This document shows positions 15,001-24,990 of a stretch of 64,000 nt of DNA, piece after piece. This DNA comes from Tubulanus polymorphus. Its lineage: Eukaryota; Animalia; Nemertea. A program made the translations under genes and the position numbers. The DNA lies in contig NC_134031.1 of assembly GCF_964204645.1 (NCBI RefSeq), positions 20,405,910 through 20,469,909 on the forward strand. The letters are read 5' to 3'. A model generated the notes under the pieces. That model saw only the letters and a list, made by a program, of their open reading frames with translations, had not been told where the DNA came from and made no database searches. How positions within the stretch are numbered: the stretch's first letter is position 1; each line of letters opens with the position of its first letter.

Positions 15001-17658
15001 GCGCTGGATGACCCTATAATCAATTATAATTAATTAGAACCATGAAAAATCAATTGTGAATAGCAGCTCAAGAAGTGAAATATAAGCAAAGAAATATCTG
15101 TGGCAAACATCGGAAATGTTCCCTGGTCTTGGATTAAATTGAGCAATTAGTTAGCAAACCATTTAGTTTTAAAACTGGAATGACTCAGTAACCTGGTTGC
15201 ATTTTTTAATGCCCTGAGCTAATAAGAACATTTCAAAAGCCGTGAACACTCGCACAAAGGAAGTCTAATGTTAAAACTGACGTGTTTAGATATTGCGGTA
15301 ACATCAATAATGAAATTACATTAATAATGTAATAACTAATAATGTCTAAATCCCGGTTAACATTAAACGCCATTAGATCACTTTTGAGTTTGTTGTCATT
15401 CTGCCAGGATTTCTAATTAAGTGTATAATAAGTTTTTCAATTAGTTCCTATGCATTATCCTGATTGGGTAACAACACTTACGGGTGATAGAGAATGCCGT
15501 CCTAGAGGGGTAGGTACACTGATAATATATACTTACCGTGATTACGTCTAAGATACTAAGTAAACTATGAATACTATCACCAGTCGATACTTCTTTTATG
15601 ATTGACTCAGTTCCATCCTGAAAATTGAATATGGGTATAGGGTAACAGTAGACATTTCCTGGCGAGATGGCGTCCTCCATATAATCCCCTGATGACCATC
15701 GACAGACAAGCGGTGGCCAAATAGTTTAAGATGTATCTTCATGGATTGAGAAGAAAATGTAAACAGCGTGAAATCTGGTCGCGATTAAGGAAACTAACTA
15801 ATTCATAAGTTTGTTAGAAATACTAACCCAACAACAGGGTGTATTTCAAACTTACCGCTTCAGTAATAAATACGTTGATTTTTCCGCTTTGGACGACGAA
15901 GATACTATCATCGGGTTCACCGACTCGGAACATTAAACTACCGGCGGGGATGAATTTCGATTCGACGAATCGACACAGTTCCAAAAACAGCGGCTTCTCG
16001 AAATGTCCAAAAACCCTAAAATAGAATAAACACTCGATAATCTGACCGTCGAAATATGAAAACAAAAAGATACACAATTGCATCAAAAGAATGGATTCTG
16101 TTTTTTAAAGATATTTCCTTTAAAGATGGCCACCTCATAAATATTCTTGTGATATCATCAAATTTTCCACAGATGAGTGATTGGATCATTGAAAGAGTTG
16201 CATCTTAAAAAGTTGTCAAGAATAAACCAGTGTATAGTTGAAATACCGAAAGTCCACAACCATGGTATTTATCTGTGCTATAACTTTGATCTTATTTCAA
16301 GGAACCGGTCCCTGGTTGGGAGCTAGTAGTATAAGCGCCACCAATCTTTAAAGCTACATACCTGACGCTTTTAAGCATGTACATCACTTCAGCTGGTAGT
16401 CTGATTTCGGGTTGTTGAGTGGCCTCCATCTCGAGGAATGACTGCGGCGGTTCTTTCACCTGAAGTTGAGGTATCGACTCGCGGCGCATTCTCAGCAGAC
16501 GCTTCGCGAATTTCACGACGAGCTGACGTTTTTTCGGTCGTATCGATTTGCCGGCCGACTCGACGCGTGTCAACGTGACAGCCGTGTTTTTTGTGAATGA
16601 CCTTACTTTCCGCAGCATCTTTCGCCCGTAGAACAAAACTTTGTCACGCTTGCGGAATCTCGGTTTTATCTCGTCCGGCTGTGAAGACGGCATCACTGAA
16701 GAAGGGAAGAAACAGAAGTATGAAAGAAGAACTTTCTCTTCTTATGGCAAACACTGCTCTGTCCGTATGACCTAGTGGAGGGAGTTTGACAGCTGGGGTT
16801 ATTGAATCATAGTGAAACAAGCTATTTGAATGAATAGCGGCTTCATGCAAATACGTTTCACGGTGCAAATAGTGAGCTTGAATCTTAGGACAGGGCAGCA
16901 TCTTCTCATTTTACAATTCATTTTATCGCACTATATTGAAAATCTATATGCCTAATGACAAGATAGAAAACATGAAAACGTTCAAGGCCTAATATCAAAC
17001 AGCACATCACATTGTATTTGGCTTGATACAAAGAAAAAAAATTCCCAGAGAGGTTTTCTCTTTCTTGGAAATAGCATAATTTACCTTTCGCTTTGAGTTT
17101 TCGTAGACTTATAAATAGAATGATCAAAGCGGTGACAATTCCTACAACCAAACCAGTGACGATATTCTACAATAGAGAAATAATAAAAACATAATTAATA
17201 ATCCTGAAATCATGAAGCACAATGTAAAGACTAGTAGCCATCTGGTCTGAATTACAGTACCGACTGACTGACATGTTAAAAGGCGATAACCATCGCCCCG
17301 ATCAGGTTATATTATTACACATGAAGATATCTAACCAGATAATTAACAATAATTTAGGTTAGGTTGTAGAGTTAGGATGAGAATGACGCCGAGACGAGAA
17401 GAGGTCCAGAGAGAGTTAGGGTTAGGATAAGAGGGGAAGGATTAGGGTTCGTTCAATTAGCTAATTTAAAGAAAGGAAACCATAACACAAGAAATCGGAA
17501 GCTTCCTGCCAGCCTTTTTTATGTTTCCTAAAAAAACTAACCACAGTTAAGTCATAGCTGGATAAAGTTTCAGTCACTTCGTGCACTTTTTCTTTCACTT
17601 TCTCCACGAATTCCGGCATGTCAGCGGCAACTCCTGGATAAAAGCCTTTCGCTGCCAT
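38..17658 (-). CDS. PNPLA7: Neuropathy target esterase / swiss cheese (PNPLA6/7) patatin-like lysophospholipase, complete multi-exon gene
   Basis: Spliced ORFs give MAAKGFYPG..., a TM helix ([21 protein letters not shown]), [19 protein letters not shown], three cNMP-binding domains and a patatin domain with [11 protein letters not shown] (~7100), GTSIG (~6650) and LLDGGY (~3100). The last exons 1684-1897, 511-656 and 38-112 join in frame at GT-AG sites and end at TGA 40-38. Confidence 0.95.
296..436. mobile_element. PIF/Harbinger-type MITE (GGGCCAGTTG TIR, CAG target duplication)
   Basis: Termini GGGCCAGTTGTACA and TGTGCAACTGGCCC, flanked by CAG at 293-295 and 437-439. The interior is homologous to the copies at 2938 and 55291. 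Confidence 0.75.
716..1315. repeat. 25-bp minisatellite, 24 copies (AAAACCCTGCAGCACCCCCACATCT), in a PNPLA7 intron
   Basis: Exact 25-nt periodicity with only single-base variants. Confidence 0.97.
2185..2433. mobile_element. Hairpin (foldback) element with two degenerate inverted hammerhead motifs, probably derived from a Penelope-like element
   Basis: About 100-bp inverted arms starting GAGAGAAATCCCACA. The centre reads CTGATGATGGCTAATAGTCTTTAGCCAAAACGT on the minus strand. Flanked by the 13-bp direct repeat TATCTCA(T/A)ACTCT (2172-2184, 2434-2446). Confidence 0.65.
2938..3054. mobile_element. Harbinger-type MITE, same family as 296-436
   Basis: GGGCCAGTTGCACA...CAACCGGCCC termini; shared interior TTGTTAGATTGGCTATAGAACTAAG. 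Confidence 0.7.
3797..3867 (-). repeat. tRNA-Gly(TCC)-derived repeat / pseudo-tRNA
   Basis: Minus strand has an A box (TGGTCTGCTGG), a TTCCA anticodon-like loop and the T-arm CCAGG-TTCAATC-CCTGG. The acceptor stem does not pair. Homologous to 22346-22420. Confidence 0.6.
3979..4061. repeat. 20-bp tandem repeat (AAACATATCCACTAAAGGGT), about 4 copies
   Basis: Direct periodicity. Confidence 0.9.
4147..5094 (-). CDS. Intronless rhodopsin-family GPCR (FMRFamide-receptor-like / chemoreceptor-like), nested in a PNPLA7 intron
   Basis: 315 aa with 7 hydrophobic segments; GN in TM1, LSVCD in TM2, SLERV at the DRY position, LP in TM6 and NFYIY in TM7. It lies between PNPLA7 exons at ~3520-3642 and ~6140-6204. 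Confidence 0.9.
   Translation of the reverse strand: MNSTRIQIGRPYSSYIVLMSVVNRSGSYRTVTLVILPALFLFGAFGNSATFLIMISRRFRSLSYTNYLIILSVCDFLFCIDFTLMPILQFILLHVKDGPIFIMNSLISCQIYEFIMALAVSNSSWFIVAISLERVAVVLFPFTSRLICTPRFARFTILIIIAVNGLFLYLSPALSINFPNQFFGCYYKVFDRIRFLTIVIHVNILPLTLIITSNSVIIVQLFRGSKMVSSDQKTTKSKRTTIMLVTVSLAFALFTLPSTFTSFLPISPERKDFILDIFTQFHVCNYVVNFYIYLLLGREIREYFCMKIRCRNSGK
5123..5150 (-). promoter_or_regulatory. Tandem initiator-like TCAGTCT motifs upstream of the nested GPCR
   Basis: Minus strand reads GTGTCAGTCT...TTCAGTCTAC, 30-55 nt before the ATG. Similar TCAGT motifs precede the 21123 GPCR (21084-21097) and the POM121-like start (~56920-56932). Confidence 0.4.
12158..12229 (-). CDS. PNPLA7 candidate cassette exon (72 nt, phase 1-1): [24 protein letters not shown]
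   Basis: GCTTCGCAG acceptor and AG|GTAAGG donor; open in the frame required by the flanking exons. Confidence 0.6.
13337..13384 (-). CDS. PNPLA7 candidate cassette exon (48 nt, phase 1-1): [16 protein letters not shown]
   Basis: TTATAG acceptor and CAG|GTATGT donor; open in the required frame. Confidence 0.6.
14048..14324. mobile_element. hAT-like MITE with CAGGGTTCCTGC/GCAGGAACCCTG termini
   Basis: 12-bp perfect TIR and internal TTCC(A/C)TGAC subterminal repeats. Related CAGGGT...ACCCTG elements occur at ~32340-32526, ~42287-42513, ~45120-45348 and ~46063-46284. Confidence 0.55.
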
Positions 17659-18195
17659 AATGATCGTTCAACAGATATCGAGATCTACGACCCCGGTCTA
17701 CACTGCTGACTGTCAAAACTTATTTTTACGTTGCAAAATGTCAATATTTATATCCGCATCAATTCAATTCAATCGAAATAGGTTAAACTGCAGCAGTCCC
17801 GTCACAGGTCCCGATAAAAAAAATTAAAACTTTGCATTTCATAGACGAAATGTCGAAAGTAACTGAACTCAATTGTTTACTATTTACACTGAAAATAATG
17901 TTAAGAACATGTTAATAATCTAAATTTATTCGTAATTTGATTATTTCAGATCAATGATATCCAAATCGAAACATTAAATGTAATGAAGACCGGATCAAGA
18001 GAAGTCAACCGTCGTGAAGTGAGCACTGGATTCGGTATCACTCGATTCAAATTTATTTCATCAATCGATTCAAATTTGCTATAAATTTTTTTGGTGGTTT
18101 TTAATGTGTATTTTTGCACTGTTATTGAATAAAAAGATATTTTACGTTAAAATAAAATTGTGAATATACAACTTAATTCATCTAATTCATTTTTA

Positions 18196-19300
18196 GTTGT
18201 TATTGTACGGATACGGACTCGGACTCGGACCCGGCAGCAACGTAGACTGGTTCCCGGTCTCAATGGAGACATTCTAAAATAGGGCCAATTTTCGCGAAAT
18301 CTCCATCGAAGATAGAGCTATGCAAGAGCTACTGCCCGGTGTTTATAATTTTCGCCCGGTGCAAGGGGCTCCTAGGGGGTCTAATTGACCCCAAAACCCC
18401 AAAATAACAAAAATATTGTTAAAAAAATAAATAAATTCATAAGTAAAATACAAAACGGTCAAAGTCTCTGAAACTTACAGAGAAGATAGACCTAAACAAG
18501 AGCTACAGCCCAGTATATAGTTGTTGCCCCGTGCAAGGGCTCCTTGGGGGTTTAATTGACCCCAAAACCCCAAAATATCAAAAATATTTTTTGAAAAATT
18601 AAATAAATTCATAAATAAAATACAAAACTGTCAAAGTGTCTGAAACTTTCAGAAAAGATAAATCTATTCAAGCGCTACAGTCCAGTATATAGTTGTTGCC
18701 GCTGGTGGAAGCGAGTTCGGGAGCGATACCGGACCCCTGGCAAGCGAGGATGGTTCCTCACACGACGCATGTTCCCCGCAGTAGCCTCGACTGTCAAAGC
18801 TGGCTTCGTGCATTGTGGACTGTACCGCAGACCAGAAATTACAATCTGACGGGCGGCGTTAGAATGATATTAAGGAAAATCCCTATTTCTGAATCGACGA
18901 GATTTTCATATCGTTTTTTTTTTCGTCTGTCATTAAAGAGGCTATAAACATCTTAAAAAAAGCCCATATTCCAGATTCTACTTTGCTGAATCTATTATCA
19001 AGGACGGGTCAGAGACACGCGACCGCAATTAAAATGTTCAAAGTCTATGTATAAAAAAACGGGAACTGAGAGTTTTCTGAATTTTTTATATTTTTTGATA
19101 TCTTCATGAACCTTCAAATGCCGCCAAAAACTAGAAACATGTTAAAAAAGCCCATCTTCCAGATTCGATTTTGCTAAATCTATTATCAAAGATGGGTCAG
19201 AGACACGCGACCGCAATTAAGATGTTCAAAGTAAAAAAATTACAAATATTTGTTCTTATTTCCATATATATGCTGAATAAAAAAGGAGCGACGGGGAACA
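18196..19300. repeat. Composite repeat with a (GGACTC)n stretch and two internal tandem arrays (~175-bp unit x2 and ~189-bp-spaced unit x2); possibly a non-autonomous Helitron/Helentron-type element
   Basis: Duplicated blocks 18323-18496/18497-18700 and 18955-19047/19144-19232. The class assignment is inference only. Confidence 0.45.
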
Positions 19301-19910
19301 GATAAAAATAAAATTCTTTTGTTTTACCTAGATCCGTAGTCAAGTTAATGATAAAAAACGGCTCTTCGGATCATTCATAATTCATAAGTTCTTTTTGTGT
19401 TAAGCTATTTTGATAAAATGTCGTTTTACGCAGTCAATCGGGTTGATACTGATAGCGATCGATAATCAAGATCAACAACAGGGAACAATCATAGTATTCG
19501 CCATTTCAGCAGGGTAATGACACGAGTTTGCATTTTAAGTATTGCCGGCAGTGAGACACGTACGGGAGAACCGGAAATGAGTAACCTGAATCTGGTAGAT
19601 CCGAATAAAGTGATAGCTTCATGTAGGTGTACTACGGGAATGGGAGATTTGCTCATGTCAAGTGGCTGTTAGAGGGGAAATGAACCCTAAGAGGGCAGAC
19701 TAGTCTAACACCGACGATGACAAGGCTTTTCATATCTTGTTACTTACGTCTTACTACTCCTGAAACCGGCTGACCAATGCTGTCCAGGCCCAAAGTGAAC
19801 TCTGCGTGAACACTATGTGGATATAATAATAAAACTTGCAAAAATGGACATTTACACAAATTTCTAGGGGCAACTGGTCCCATCAGTCCCCTGCCCCCGC
19901 TATGGCCCAC

Positions 19911-19996
19911 TCGAGAGAAATCCCACAATAGATTCAGCCTAAAAAGAAAAGTTCTTGTGAGTAAAATGGTATTGAGCAATCGTTTCGGCTAAAAAC
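19911..19996. mobile_element. Truncated arm of the hammerhead-bearing hairpin element family
   Basis: TCGAGAGAAATCCCACAATAGATTCAGCC...CGTTTCGGCTAAA matches the arms of the 2185-2433 element. Confidence 0.5.
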
Positions 19997-21122
19997 TTCG
20001 CTTTACGCTTCACGGTTTCGCTTCACGAGTCTCGTATCAGGATTTGCCATTCGGATCCAAGACTTCCAATATCGCATGACGATCTTGAGACACTCAAGTT
20101 TCCCCATTTCTTTATCGCACGGCCAAGCTGGTTCATCGATGCGCGTTGCTCGCAGTAGCTTCTCGTTCCATGAAATTGGCGAATCTGCTTTTTAGACGCT
20201 TGATAATCGAAACTACGATTTCCCCGCCTGCCAAATTCAATACTACAGTACAGTTGAACATTTTCTTTAGAGGATTCTGTCGATAGAGACATGTGAGATG
20301 ACTTGGAACGATTCACTAATCACTGATTAATCTCACGCACACGAGATGTCGATTTTTGGTCATTTCTTTTCAGATGTCCAGATACACGGCACAGTACAGC
20401 TTGAACTCAACTTGTGACATTACTGAGCTCAGACCACTATTCCAAAAATCTTCTAATCCTATTGTAAAAAATAAGAAATTCGAGCGTTAAGTCACAGCGA
20501 GTAAATCCAGGGTCATTCTTTTGGCTGCTTCTTTTGGTCAGCATCTTCAAACCTGTAGAAAGGAGGGATATCCCAGAATAGGTATGCCAATACATCCGTA
20601 CCGAGGATGGAATCCCCCACCGTGTTTGGTACCCTTACGTCATTTGTTTAATTCACGTAGAACTTCACGAGTTTGAGTCGTGAGCCAGTTTCTAATTGCA
20701 GCAGAAAATACGTTTGCGTGTGTGTTTTTTATTCATTTAGAGCTGTTGAGCTTTAGGAAGAAATCCTGCTATTTTACGAATCATTGTTCCTGTCTATTGG
20801 CTTTTTCGGCAATATGATTTTAATTCTACTTTCACCGATTGAATCTAACGTTGCTATTGTCATGTTGGGTTCAGAAAACGATATTCTCTTTTCACAAATT
20901 CGTTCTGTCGCATTTTCTATAGAATTCACTACAAATTAATTTAAATCAAATTTTACGGTACGAATGGAACAATATGCCTGTAGCTATTCGTGAATAAAGT
21001 TGAATCATACAATAAATTAATGGAATAGTGAGAAGTAGTATGACATGATATCAGTATCAATAATTTCATCATGTTTTGAATTGTCAGTCTGTCAGTCGGC
21101 GGTCACAGCGCATTTCTAGAAC

Positions 21123-22094
21123 ATGCTGGCCAGCAATCTAACCGCGGCGGATAACGCCCTTACCGGTGACAATCAACCTAAATACAGACTCGCTTACATC
21201 GAAGTAATATTCGTACCAAGAAACCGCACTTCATCACTACGCCTAGCTTTAGAGGGTGCCAACATATTTTTGATCGCCTTACTGGGATATGTCGGTAACT
21301 CATTGATAATGGTGATCATGTTAAACTCTAAATATCGTCGACATCCGTACAGTTTGTTTTTCATGTCGATGGCGCTTTGTGATTGCGCTATAGTGACGTT
21401 TTATCTGCTGGCGTGCATTAACAAGTTTCTCTTTCAGTACGGTTTGGATGTTATTCGATTTCCACGCAGTGAATTCTCCTGTCGCGTTCTCTATTCGTCT
21501 CATAATGTCATCAACTTCTTCAGCCCGTTAGCGCTCGCCCTCGTGTCCCTAGAACGGATGACTGTGATTCAGTTCCCGTTTCGGGGCCCACGATTCTGGA
21601 CCCGTAAAGCAGTCAGTATAATCATCGCAGCTACAATTCTTCTATTATTTTGTTTGTCTATGTATCTAACTAGAGGTGTAACATACATGTTAAATGTTGG
21701 TTGTGTCATTAGTAATACTGGTTACCCACTGGTCGCTACGATTCTTACATTCATTTTCAGCGCCTTTTTACCGACGTTCATCATACTATTTTCAACAATT
21801 TTCATCATTATTTCGCTATTCCGCAGAACCAGTTCTTCATCGAACTCAACGGCATCGTTGCAAGTATCTATGATGGTAACTGCCAACTGTATATTCTATC
21901 TGATCACCACACAACCTGTCTATATCATCATGGTGATACTTTGGGCTAGGCCCGATTTGTCAGTAGGTTTTGCTTTGGAGGTAACAGATAGCTTGAATAT
22001 ATGGAATTTTTGTGTGAACTTTTACCTTTATGTTCTGACGGGGAAAGATATTCGACAAACATTGAAAAATATATGTATTTTCAAAAAGGCGTAG
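21123..22094 (+). CDS. Intronless rhodopsin-family GPCR, paralog of 4147-5094
   Basis: 323 aa, 7 TM; GN, MALCD, SLERM and NFYLYVLTG motifs. Confidence 0.92.
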   Translation: MLASNLTAADNALTGDNQPKYRLAYIEVIFVPRNRTSSLRLALEGANIFLIALLGYVGNSLIMVIMLNSKYRRHPYSLFFMSMALCDCAIVTFYLLACINKFLFQYGLDVIRFPRSEFSCRVLYSSHNVINFFSPLALALVSLERMTVIQFPFRGPRFWTRKAVSIIIAATILLLFCLSMYLTRGVTYMLNVGCVISNTGYPLVATILTFIFSAFLPTFIILFSTIFIIISLFRRTSSSSNSTASLQVSMMVTANCIFYLITTQPVYIIMVILWARPDLSVGFALEVTDSLNIWNFCVNFYLYVLTGKDIRQTLKNICIFKKA

Positions 22095-22345
22095 CGTAAA
22101 TTTCATAGGATCTTAATACCGGTAGATGCTCAAACATCATTCAAATATCATAAGAGCCTCATCAAAATGTTGGTTTAAAGTGGACAAATTTCGATTATCA
22201 CAGTAAGCTTAAATTAACTTCTGCAATTTTTGCGCAATAAAGCGTTTTAGCAGTAACAGAATACCGCGTAATAATATTTTGGTGCAAAAAGTGACGATGG
22301 TTCTTCTTACAAAACCAGCGGTGACGCAGCTCGAGACACAAACTC

Positions 22346-22420
22346 TGGCACTCACCGGGAATCGAACCCGGGTCTTGTACCTAGAAGGCAAGCGTGCTAA
22401 TCATTAGACCAATAGAATTC
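22346..22420 (-). repeat. tRNA-Gly-derived repeat / pseudo-tRNA
   Basis: Perfect T-arm CCGGG-TTCGATT-CCCGG; TGCCTTCTAG resembles the Gly(TCC) anticodon arm; the acceptor stem is broken. Confidence 0.6.
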
Positions 22421-22499
22421 TAGCTCTCGAATGACGATACAGCTTTTCCTTTATACTAACATCGAGGCCCGAGATGACAGCTGTGAGTTGAAATTTCAC

Positions 22500-22840
22500 T
22501 TCAAGACAACTGGAATCTACGTGTTCGTTAATAACCCATCGCTTATCATTTCGATGTGTCGCAGCGCAAATCTCGGACAAGGTGCGATAGAAATGCCAAG
22601 TCACGATCACAATGCTGACAGTATCGTGCGCGTTCCTCGTCGTATTTCTTCTACCGATGAGCATCACAGGAATTCTCAGCGCGTTTTGGCCAGATGACGA
22701 AAACGTACGCCTGGATTCGTAGTTTTCTACCCATAAAGAACGGCATCAATTTCTACGTCTTGACCGGTGTCGAAATTCGGCTGGCTGTCATGGAGAAGTT
22801 GTTTCGGCGAAGCTGGAACCTCTTCTGCCGTTCTGGCATC
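22500..22840 (+). pseudogene. GPCR pseudogene fragment (TM5-TM7)
   Basis: One frame reads QVTITMLTVSCAFLVVFLLPMSITGILSAFWP then a stop (TM6-like). Another frame reads NGINFYVLTGVEIR (TM7/helix 8, matching NFYLYVLTGKDIR of the adjacent gene). Frameshifted and 5'-truncated. Confidence 0.7.
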
Positions 22841-23278
22841 GACTATCACCGATTAAAGTTTATAGGTTGTTGTGCGCAGTTATTGAACTTATCTTAATAT
22901 GTAACTTTGTTCGAGCCATGAAAACTAGTTACTGATCTAGGTGTTGGGAATTGTTATTATACACCAAAGCTACCGAAATGAATGCACGCGTTGAACGTGG
23001 TTTATGATTAAAACAAAAGAAGCTAAATTCCAGCAGAATTTTCATATTCATGTGTTGTAAAAATAGAATAAAGCAAATAATCTACATTTTGTAGCTGATG
23101 AATGTATTTGGAATAAGGCGTCGATATAATTATCTCTTAATACATTCGAAAATACGATCAAAATATTTTCAATCAATAAAACTGCAGACGATAAAAGAAA
23201 AATGTTTGCCGTTGTCTTCTGAATACATGTACGAAAAAGAATCAACCGTTTCCGATCCAAATAACCAGAAACATTAAT

Positions 23279-24096
23279 TTAAGGCGCATCCGATTGAGAA
23301 AATGGGACGCTCAGACACCGATCTAAGCAAATTGCGCAAGCGTTTGCATCTACATCCACCTTTGAACACACTCGTTGGCATCGTTTACAAGCTGGAAAAA
23401 AAAAACATGCATACGTTACCATTCCTCATAAACCCATTGGATTTACCTGACCATTCCGAAAGTTTATTGAATAGCCACAGTGAGGCCGAGCACTTTTTTT
23501 TATACCTTTCATCTTGCATAACTATCACTTTTTCTATACGTAATACTTACGTGATGGTTTGCATTTGCATGTTGGGCAGCCATCTTTACCAGGAACATAT
23601 CCGTTAGGACAATAGATTTCGCAAGTTGGGCCGCAGTCGTCAACTGGAAAAGCCCCAAAGAGAGACGTCATACCTATCAGTCACCATTATTTATATGATA
23701 AACTTTACATTTTACACCTGACTTGACTATATTATATACTTACTCGATGATTTGCATTCACACGTAGGACAGCCGTTTTCATCTAGAACATTCCCATACG
23801 GACAGAATACTGCACAAACTGGATCACAAGTACCTAAATCTAATAATGAGATGCTCTAAATGAGTGGTTTGTCTTGTTACCCGAAATCCTCACTAATCTA
23901 TCTGCATATCAAATGCCATGTACGTAAGTGCATGACTGAGAGTTAATTTATCGCGACCCATCGAAAAACTTTCATCTCAATTCAACCCTACAAAGAATTT
24001 GATGTCGATTTTACATTCTATGAAGTTATATTTACCGGGCAGAGATTGCGCAGCAGGTAATAGAAGAGCGACCACGAGGACAGACGTGGAAAACAT
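23279..24096 (-). CDS. Secreted antistasin-family cysteine-rich protease inhibitor, 118 aa, 4 exons (24096-24036, 23833-23744, 23643-23551, 23391-23279)
   Basis: Signal peptide MFSTSVLVVALLLPAAQSLP, then CDPVCAVFCPYGNVLDENGCPTCEC, CGPTCEIYCPNGYVPGKDGCPTCKC and a divergent CKRCQRVCSKVDVDANACAICLDRC. All three introns are phase-1 GT-AG; 357 nt in frame to TAA. Confidence 0.9.
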
Positions 24097-24990
24097 TTTT
24101 TGTCGAGCGTTCAAGCCGAGTAACACAGAAAATATGAGCCGCCCATACAACTATTCCAGCTGCTTCAAGAAATATTTATCATCACCAGGAAAAAAATTCA
24201 ATTAAAAATGGGCTTCTCAGAAATATCATATGATTTCTTCAAACGCTTATGTAAACATGTCAATTAATCATCCACAAATTACATAAGAAAATCATTTTGT
24301 ATCGCATCTCTACAAATCTGTACAGCATCGAAAAGGGATTATCATCAGGAGCTCTATGGAATAATAGCACATTCAGTCAGGTTAATTCGGTACAACCTAT
24401 GAGCAATTATCTATCTTTAGATAATTGCTCGTAGGTACAACCTACGGTAGTTCGTAAGCGCCTGATCTCGTGTCAACGCGGCTATGGTTCCTTTCGCAGT
24501 CGTGTATTATATTAATTCCATAGAACTCCTATGATAATCCATTTCGAAAGCAAAAACGAAATGGTTTCTTTTTGTTTTTGCGCGCCAATATTTTTTTGCG
24601 CGGTAAGATTTGTTTTGGTGCGCTTGCGCGGAGGATGGAAAAATATTTATATGTCTCGAATCACCCACTATAAATCAGAAACATGCAAAATATTTTATGA
24701 AGGTATGGATTTATTCGGGGGTGTAGGCCTGACACTACCTACGACAATTTGTTAAATCAGCGCAATTTTTTGGGGGGCAACTTTTCATTTTGTATTGACA
24801 AAGCTACTTTCGGTAATTATGAGCTCCCGAAAGCAGCAATTCGAAGTCGATATCAGCAAGTTGTTCATAGAAAATGCTGAATCGCTCTTCTTAAATTGGT
24901 TTCAAACGACCGTTGTTATTAGAAATCAATTTTGAGGCTGAATCCCATCGCAATTTTGACTGCAAAGATTGGCCGACGCAACACGAATCA

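Noticed and set aside
17410-17450. TTAGGG-like repeats (also ~56528-56543)
   Set aside because: Only one to three units; too short to call interstitial telomeric sequence.
19434-19513. Isolated exon-like segment (cag|SIGLILIAIDNQDQQQGTIIVFAISAG|gt) on the plus strand
   Set aside because: No compatible neighbouring exons or start codon could be found.
20030-20520. Possible decayed hAT/ZNF862-like transposase fragments on the minus strand (SIIKRLKSRF, LEVLDP, WSELSNV)
   Set aside because: Only short motifs across stops and frameshifts; needs tBLASTn or HMM support before it can be called.
22346-22420. Functional tRNA gene (apparent TCT or CTA-containing loop, CCA end)
   Set aside because: Acceptor and anticodon stems do not pair; best explained as a tRNA-Gly-derived repeat, not a suppressor tRNA.
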